This document shows positions 19,131-24,557 of a stretch of 24,557 bases of DNA, in pieces. Source of the stretch: Bacteroidota bacterium. Its GTDB lineage: Bacteria; Bacteroidota; Bacteroidia; B-17B0; Aurantibacillaceae. Where the stretch lies: the NCBI GenBank assembly GCA_947474485.1, contig CANJJP010000001.1:1-24557 (forward strand), given 5' to 3'. The notes beneath the pieces were generated by a model that was given only the letters and a program-made list of their open reading frames with translations, was not told the DNA's origin and did no database searches. Positions within the stretch are counted from its first letter, which is position 1. Each line of letters starts with the position of its first letter. The position numbers and the translations under genes were made by a program.

Positions 19131-20036
19131 TTATATTGTCAAGAAGGCGTCTAAAACTAATTCCTTTTTATCTGTACTTAAAAATCGAGCATTTTCAATT
19201 TCAGGATTTGGAAGATGGTTTTTTAAATTAATATCTTTATTATATAGACTTAAACTTGATATAGATTTTTCAGAGAGTTTAATGGGTTGTGAAGAAAGAA
19301 AAACCGAAATATTATTGTTGCTTTTATTTTCTATTTTACTAAATTCATAAATTTCATTTTCATCAATTATGTTCAAATCTGCATAGGTATTATATTTACT
19401 TTGAATATTATATCGCCATTGATAAAATCCTGTTGGAATCAAAATCTCTTTATTAAGTAAAAATGGATTAATTGATAAAATTAAAACTGCATCCAAACCA
19501 GAACAATTTGAACATTTAAAAAATGAAAATCCGTTAATTTTATACAAACCCGTATTTAAATTTTCAAACCAATTTGGATCATTTAAATCAGAAGTATAAA
19601 CCAAGACATCACTATTGTTTTTAATTGTAAAAAAAATATCTTCAGTAAATAAGTTAGAATTCCAAATTGGAATAACACAATCAGAATTTACAATAAGATT
19701 ATCATTTCCAGTTAAATTAAACAATAATTTATTTTTTCTTAAATCATAATTGAAACCTGATCGCAATTGAAAATATTTATCATTAAACTTTATGCCGAAA
19801 AAAAAGTTTTTATCAATTTCAGAAATGTTAGATTGTATTAGAGCAGAATTCTGAGATGAATCCATTTCTTGTAATAAAAATATATTATTATTTTTTACTT
19901 TGAATAAAATTCTATAATTTTTAAAATAATTAATTGTTTCTTCGAAAGGATGAAAAGTTACGTTTTTTAATTCTTTGTCAGAAAAATAATCATGTTTAAT
20001 TGATAAAGAAGTAATAGTTTTATAATATGTTTTCAT
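19131..20036 (-). CDS. eCIS-associated protein between DUF4255 and sheath, putative cap adaptor (Alg16B-like), 301 aa
   Basis: N-terminal SIKHDYF...FHPxxETxxxFxxYRILFK pattern and a position directly after DUF4255, as in Bacteroidota eCIS loci. The functional label is inferred from synteny. Confidence 0.55.
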   Translation of the reverse strand: MKTYYKTITSLSIKHDYFSDKELKNVTFHPFEETINYFKNYRILFKVKNNNIFLLQEMDSSQNSALIQSNISEIDKNFFFGIKFNDKYFQLRSGFNYDLRKNKLLFNLTGNDNLIVNSDCVIPIWNSNLFTEDIFFTIKNNSDVLVYTSDLNDPNWFENLNTGLYKINGFSFFKCSNCSGLDAVLILSINPFLLNKEILIPTGFYQWRYNIQSKYNTYADLNIIDENEIYEFSKIENKSNNNISVFLSSQPIKLSEKSISSLSLYNKDINLKNHLPNPEIENARFLSTDKKELVLDAFLTI

Positions 20037-20038
20037 AG

Positions 20039-20581
20039 TTATTCATAATTACGATCAACATTACTTACATCAATAATATCAGGAGCCAACATGTTTTCAT
20101 CAATTTTTAATATCCTAACTTTATATAAAATAGAAGGCATGTATTTTGCACCTAAGGTACTCCATAAATTACTTTGTTCCTGAATTGACTGATTAAAAAT
20201 CTCAAATGTCAATTTATCAATACCATTTCCTAAGTTAGACGTGTTTTGTTTATTAAAAGTATGTTTATTTTGAAAAAAAGAAATAACAGCTGTTAAAAAT
20301 TTTAACGCATCCAAATTCAACTTTTCATTAAAAGATGCAGAAAATAATAAAAATACATTTAGATAAACAGGTTTAGAATATGTTTGATTAATACTATTTA
20401 CTATCTTTTCTTCCTGAATTAATACTAAAGATAAAATAAGCCTATTCTCATCTTTAACAGATGGAGAACCATCTTGATTTACAAGGTTAGAAATTATTAC
20501 TCGATCTTCTTTTATACCAAACTTTAATCTAAAAAATTCATTTAATTCACTCGCAACAACTTTTACAACTAAATCAATCAT
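20039..20581 (-). CDS. DUF4255 / Afp16-like cap protein
   Basis: PVYLNVFLLFSA, ALKFLTAVISFFQ and QSNLWSTLGAKYMPSILYKVR motifs. The start is placed at MIDL (20581), which removes the overlap with the upstream gene and leaves a 2-nt gap. Confidence 0.9.
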   Translation of the reverse strand: MIDLVVKVVASELNEFFRLKFGIKEDRVIISNLVNQDGSPSVKDENRLILSLVLIQEEKIVNSINQTYSKPVYLNVFLLFSASFNEKLNLDALKFLTAVISFFQNKHTFNKQNTSNLGNGIDKLTFEIFNQSIQEQSNLWSTLGAKYMPSILYKVRILKIDENMLAPDIIDVSNVDRNYE

Positions 20582-20583
20582 TC

Positions 20584-20994
20584 TTAAAATAAATTTAAAG
20601 CCCAAACCACCAAACGAGAAATATAAACACCTATAAAACTAATAAATGATAAGAAATAAATAAAATTCAAATTTGAATTTAAAAAATGAAGTATAATATC
20701 ATTTTTAACTAAAGGCAAAGCTATAACAAAAAGTTCAAAAAATAAATATCCCATCAAAAAACCAATTGCTATAGATGCAAAAAACCATATAACTTCTTTA
20801 GCTATTTTCTTTTTTTTATATAGAATTAAAGGATTTGAAAATTTGTCATATATTTTTGATTGACCTTCAAAAGTTAATCTCGTTGCTTTTCTAAATAAAT
20901 CAGCTTCAGATTTTCTTTCAATATTTTTAAAAAGCTCCTGAACTACCATATTCTTTTTAACCAAAAATATTATTTTTATTAACATATAATTCAT
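20584..20994 (-). CDS. small membrane protein heading the eCIS operon (two predicted TM helices)
   Basis: Hydrophobic stretches VIWFFASIAIGFLMGYLFFELFVIALPLV and FIYFLSFISFIGVYISRLVVWALNLF follow a charged N-terminus. The stop is 2 nt from the DUF4255 start. An alternative start exists at 20949. Confidence 0.75.
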   Translation of the reverse strand: MNYMLIKIIFLVKKNMVVQELFKNIERKSEADLFRKATRLTFEGQSKIYDKFSNPLILYKKKKIAKEVIWFFASIAIGFLMGYLFFELFVIALPLVKNDIILHFLNSNLNFIYFLSFISFIGVYISRLVVWALNLF

Positions 20995-21037
20995 ATAGTT
21001 ATTAACAATAATTGTTACATATGTATTGTATAAGCCT

Positions 21038-21045
21038 CAAATTTA
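21038..21045 (-). promoter_or_regulatory. putative Bacteroidota -7 promoter box for the eCIS operon
   Basis: TAAATTTG on the minus strand about 44 nt upstream of the ATG at 20994. No matching -33 element was seen. Confidence 0.45.
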
Positions 21046-21298
21046 TGCTAAGAAATTAAAGAGATCATCATAAAAATTGTATTTAAAAAAGAAATTAAGT
21101 CAAATTATAAAATGCATATTAGATAATAGTCAATTAAATTAATTCTTAATTTAATTTAGATTATTCAAGAATATAATGGATTAAAATAGATGAAAAAACA
21201 ATTTAAAAGGCAGCGAAAAGTTTAAATAATAATCTACTCCCAAAATTAATAAATAGTTATTCCAATATAAAAAAGTTAATTGATTTTTTATCTAATAC

Positions 21299-22447
21299 TT
21301 AGTAAATCTGTTTTCCTTTTCCTTTACATGATGGGCAAAGTTTACTTCCACCATGAATGCCACCTTTTGGAATAAATCCGCTTCCACCGCAAAATTCACA
21401 TTTTGCTGCTTTTGAATAAGATTCATTTACTCTTTCTCCACTAGCTCCTCCACATATACCACAGAATCCACCTTGGTAGTGCCCCATACATCTTGAACAT
21501 TTTTGACCATCAGAACTTCGGGATTTTTCTTGTTTCTCAACTTGATAATTTCCGTCAATATATATTTCTCTTCCATATAATAATCCCCCTCCTTTAGCCC
21601 ACTCCAATTGTTCGCCATGTTTTTTTCCGTTTTTGAAATTGTAAACGAAATGAGGGACTCCTTCTGTATAATAATCAATTTGTTCACCATTCAATTCGCC
21701 ATTTGAATAGTTCCGTTTGCTCCTTTTTTTACCAGAAGAAAAATAGCTAATTACTTCGCCTTCCATGACACCATTGACATAAGTTACTTTTGAGCAAATG
21801 CTTCCATCACTATAATAATTGTATTGCAGACCTTCTTGATTTCCATTCACATAAAACTCTCTTGCTTCTAATTTACAATTTATATCAAAAATTAATCTTT
21901 CTCCTTCCAAATATCCATCAACCATTTTTTCCTTGATTCGTAATTCTCCACTCCAGCAAAAAGAAGAATCATAACCATGTCCATTTGCATAACTTCCTTT
22001 ACTCATAACCTTTCCATTAGGAAAGTACCTCTTATAATCATAAGTCTCTACGTGTCCATCTTCATAACTATTCATTTCCTCAACTCCAGCAATTGTAGAT
22101 TTACTAAATAAGGAATCTGGCAAAGAATCAGGCGATGTTTCACCTAAATCAAAACATTGAATCACAATAAAATATGAAGCAGAATCTTTTGGGTAGTAAT
22201 ATTTCCACATACCTATTTTTTCTTTATTATACATTTTGCCTTGCTCCAAAACGGGCCAGCCAGTGCCATAGTAATCTGGTGTAACTCTAGAAACATAATT
22301 GGTATCATTTATGTTTTTTTTAATAACCAAGCTATCTGTAATTTTTTCACTTGCTTCATTATTTGCCTGTTTTTTATTTGTTGAATTGCAAGCAAATAAT
22401 AAAATAATGGCGAAAAAAATAATTGATGTTTTAATGACAATTTTCAT
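21299..22447 (-). CDS. lipoprotein with MORN2-like repeats (YwqK-like) and C-terminal CxxCxGxG zinc-finger region, 382 aa
   Basis: Signal peptide with lipobox LLFA-C. Repeats of the type YY.DG.I....Y.NG..EG. Four CxxC motifs: CSRCMG, CGICGG, CEFCGGSG and CPSCKGKG. Confidence 0.8.
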   Translation of the reverse strand: MKIVIKTSIIFFAIILLFACNSTNKKQANNEASEKITDSLVIKKNINDTNYVSRVTPDYYGTGWPVLEQGKMYNKEKIGMWKYYYPKDSASYFIVIQCFDLGETSPDSLPDSLFSKSTIAGVEEMNSYEDGHVETYDYKRYFPNGKVMSKGSYANGHGYDSSFCWSGELRIKEKMVDGYLEGERLIFDINCKLEAREFYVNGNQEGLQYNYYSDGSICSKVTYVNGVMEGEVISYFSSGKKRSKRNYSNGELNGEQIDYYTEGVPHFVYNFKNGKKHGEQLEWAKGGGLLYGREIYIDGNYQVEKQEKSRSSDGQKCSRCMGHYQGGFCGICGGASGERVNESYSKAAKCEFCGGSGFIPKGGIHGGSKLCPSCKGKGKQIY

Positions 22448-22664
22448 TCTTAATATTATAATTTAAATTTACTAATATGTTATATCTATATTGAATAAAG
22501 AAATATACTAAAAATATTAATAGGGTATACATTGCACCATATTATTAATAGAAATGTATTACTCCTAAAAATTGAATATACTGAAGATGATAATTAATTG
22601 TAAACAAATTTCAATTCTCAAGCATTTCCAACAATAAATTATTTTTGCCCCAAATTTTATTTAA

Positions 22665-22919
22665 TTCAATCTTTTTGAAGATTTAAAGAAACTTGTTTTA
22701 TCACAATCAAAACAAACAACACCAACAATCAGTGAAAAAACCATTGATGAAATAGACAACTGGATACTGTTAAGACATGCTTATGCAAAACTTGGTATAT
22801 CTAGAGCCCAATGGTATAGTAAATATCAAAAAATAATTAAGCATAGAACTTATGCTGGAACAACATGGGTATATGCACCATCAATATTGGAATTTTTTAA
22901 ATCCAATAATATCAATTGA
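22665..22919 (+). pseudogene. excisionase/AlpA-like HTH DNA-binding protein, lacking a canonical start codon
   Basis: Open frame between a TAA at 22662 and a TGA at 22917-22919 reads ...TIDEIDNWILLRHAYAKLGISRAQWYSKYQKIIKHRTYAGTTWVYAPSILEFFKSNNIN*. This has the 'A..LGISR..WY' helix-turn-helix and wing pattern. No in-frame ATG/GTG/TTG precedes the domain. Confidence 0.55.
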
Positions 22920-22943
22920 AATGAAAGCAATTGACACAAATTT

Positions 22944-22972
22944 AAGGTGAGCCATTAGGTCACCTTTTTTTT
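22944..22972 (+). terminator. intrinsic terminator after HTH frame
   Basis: AAGGTGA-GCCATTAGG-TCACCTT hairpin followed by a T run. Confidence 0.7.
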
Positions 22973-23029
22973 GTTTAAAACAAAACACGTAGAAGCCTTA
23001 TTAATAAAGAGATTCAAAGGTAATAAACA

Positions 23030-23062
23030 ATTACTGGTTTAAAAGTTACTCAAATGTTACTG
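23030..23062. repeat. three (G/A)TTACT direct repeats, possible integrase arm-type sites
   Basis: ATTACTG at 23030, GTTACTC at 23045 and GTTACTG at 23056, about 60-90 bp from the tRNA 3' end. Confidence 0.4.
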
Positions 23063-23071
23063 TGTGAAAAT

Positions 23072-23108
23072 AAAAAAACCGCTGAACTTGTTGGTATCAG
23101 CAGTTTTT
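23072..23108 (-). terminator. intrinsic terminator downstream of tRNA-Glu
   Basis: The minus strand reads AAAAACTGCTGA-loop-TCAGCGGTTTTTTT, a stem with one G-U pair followed by a U run. Confidence 0.75.
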
Positions 23109-23122
23109 ATCTACTTCTAGAG

Positions 23123-23194
23123 TAGCCCGTACGGGAATCGAACCCGTGTTTCATCCGTGAAAGGGACGTGTCCTAACCCCTAGACGAACGGGCC
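23123..23194 (-). tRNA. tRNA-Glu (anticodon TTC)
   Basis: GGCCCGTTCGTCTAGGGGTTAGGACACGTCCCTTTCACGGATGAAACACGGGTTCGATTCCCGTACGGGCTA folds as a cloverleaf with acceptor stem GGCCCGT/ACGGGCT, anticodon loop CT-TTC-AC and T-loop TTCGATT. CCA is not encoded. Confidence 0.97.
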
Positions 23195-23244
23195 ATTTAT
23201 TCATCTCCAATGCTAAAAGCGTAGGCCATTGAATTAATGGAGTG

Positions 23245-23274
23245 CAAATTTAGGATTATTTTCTTTATTACAAA
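23245..23274 (-). promoter_or_regulatory. Bacteroidota sigma70-type promoter of tRNA-Glu
   Basis: TTTG (23271-23274), an 18-nt spacer and TAAATTTG (23245-23252) on the minus strand, followed by CAC. Confidence 0.75.
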
Positions 23275-23290
23275 AAAATATTTCGAAAAA

Positions 23291-24373
23291 TCACAAAAAT
23301 CTTTTTACCCTATATTTCTCAACTACTTTTACAACTGTAGTTTGTAGTAAAAAAGCCATAATTAAGGAGCATAAAACCACTGTATATCCGTAAAAATTAA
23401 TGTATTGAGTATTTGAAAAAAAATAAGCTCTTAGTACACTTATAACTATATGATGGCTGATATACAATGAAAAAGATAATTCGCCAATATAGCGGTCGAT
23501 TGCGCTATTTTTAAAGGAAATAAACAAATAAGGTAGTGAACATAGCACTAATATATAAAAAATACTATTACGAAGATTTTCTTCTATTTTAATCTCATCA
23601 ATTACAAATACACCCAAAACGCATAAAAACAATAAAACATAGCCTATAATTGGTGAAATGGATTTATTTTGAATATGCTTATAAAATAGATAAGCCAAAC
23701 TCCCTGCTATAAAAAAGGCTAATTCAAAAGGAAAGAACCGATACGTCCATGGATCAAAACATAAATAATAATAATGGTCGAAAAACACTTTAGCGCTTAT
23801 TCCTATAATGACTAATAGTAATTGCCATTTGTATTTTTTTGTAACTAAAAAAGGCGCTATCAAATAGAACATAAATTCTACACTAATAGACCATGCTTGC
23901 GGCACTAATAAATACTGAAAGCCTGTGTGTTTATAAGACAATACATTATACGTTAATATAGGTTGGCAAAATTCATCTAACCTCAAAAAATAAAGGACAT
24001 CCTGTCCTAAAACAAAAATATTTTCAAAAACAAAATAAAAAATGGTAAATCCAGATAAACAGTTGTAATTACTTATATATCTAGATAAATAAAAGGGTTT
24101 ATTAAAAGTAAAATACCCAATAACAGAAAGTAAAAGCGCAGCCAACAAAACCACCCAGTAAACCGGGAAAATACGATAAAACCGACTTAATATAAACTTT
24201 TTGTAGCTCCCTACGCCAACATATTTTTCATTTAAAATAAGAGCCATATAAAAACCGGAAATCATATAAAAAGATTCCACAGCTACTTGCCCTCCACACA
24301 TATGAAGTCCGAAAATTTTAAACGAGTGGTAAACTACCACGGCTAAAGCTAATATCGTTCTTAAAATTCCCAT
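23291..24373 (-). CDS. acyltransferase family 3 (OafA/YrhL-like) integral membrane O-acyltransferase, 360 aa
   Basis: LRTILALAVVVYH, VESFYMISGF, RFYRIFPVYW, WSISVEFMFY and IGELSFSLYISH motifs, with many TM segments. Confidence 0.9.
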   Translation of the reverse strand: MGILRTILALAVVVYHSFKIFGLHMCGGQVAVESFYMISGFYMALILNEKYVGVGSYKKFILSRFYRIFPVYWVVLLAALLLSVIGYFTFNKPFYLSRYISNYNCLSGFTIFYFVFENIFVLGQDVLYFLRLDEFCQPILTYNVLSYKHTGFQYLLVPQAWSISVEFMFYLIAPFLVTKKYKWQLLLVIIGISAKVFFDHYYYLCFDPWTYRFFPFELAFFIAGSLAYLFYKHIQNKSISPIIGYVLLFLCVLGVFVIDEIKIEENLRNSIFYILVLCSLPYLFISFKNSAIDRYIGELSFSLYISHHIVISVLRAYFFSNTQYINFYGYTVVLCSLIMAFLLQTTVVKVVEKYRVKRFL

Positions 24374-24476
24374 TTTACTATGTTCGCTTATTATAAATAT
24401 TAAGAGTTTCGGTTACACTAAGATAAATTTTAATCATACCTATTCTATTTTTTATAGATTTTTCAAACATACAAAT

Positions 24477-24509
24477 AAAAAAGACCGACAACTATTGTTA
24501 TCGGTCTTT
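24477..24509 (-). terminator. intrinsic terminator of a gene lying beyond the right edge
   Basis: The minus strand reads AAAGACCGATAAC-AATA-GTTGTCGGTCTTT followed by Ts. Confidence 0.7.
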
Positions 24510-24557
24510 AATTAAAACATAAGTGATTACTAGTCGACTTTATCCATTACTTTTTTA

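Noticed and set aside
2-20994. Prophage or classical T6SS interpretation
   Set aside because: No capsid, portal, terminase or integrase genes and no TssJLM/ClpV-type components are visible. DUF4255, the LysM hub, Afp11/12 and CIS_TMP point to eCIS.
21427-21690. - strand 87-aa ORF in an alternative frame
   Set aside because: It is nested in the MORN lipoprotein gene and has no independent support.
22921-22950. Mini-ORF MKAIDTNLR* after the HTH frame
   Set aside because: It is only nine codons, overlaps the terminator stem and has no support.
24530-24557. Possible 3' tail of a minus-strand gene (..KKVMDKVD*) before the terminator
   Set aside because: It is too short to identify within this window.
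1-24557. CRISPR arrays, rRNA, IS elements
   Set aside because: I saw no regularly spaced repeats, rRNA-like sequence or transposase motifs.

Overview
A very AT-rich window, most likely from a Bacteroidota genome (TAnnTTTG promoter boxes, no obvious Shine-Dalgarno motifs). Positions 1-20994 hold a minus-strand operon encoding an extracellular contractile injection system (eCIS; Afp/PVC/MAC family, AlgoCIS/Bacteroidota-type gene order). In transcription order it encodes a small membrane protein, DUF4255 cap, putative cap adaptor, sheath, two tube proteins, plug, LysM protein, VgrG-like spike, PAAR, gp25 wedge, Afp11 baseplate, a short fibre, a 56-aa ORF missing from the ORF track, Afp12 baseplate, and an Afp14-like tape measure. 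The tape measure is at least 1843 aa, runs off the left edge and is also missing from the track. To the right lie a MORN-repeat lipoprotein with a C-terminal CxxCxGxG zinc-finger region, a start-less excisionase-like HTH frame, an att-like end at tRNA-Glu(TTC), and an acyltransferase-3 gene. The eCIS class itself is known. The candidate novelties are the giant modular tape measure, the operon-leading membrane protein, the MORN/zinc-finger lipoprotein, the unannotated small fibre-linked ORF and the possible tRNA-Glu island context. All family calls come from motif recognition by eye; no database search was run.
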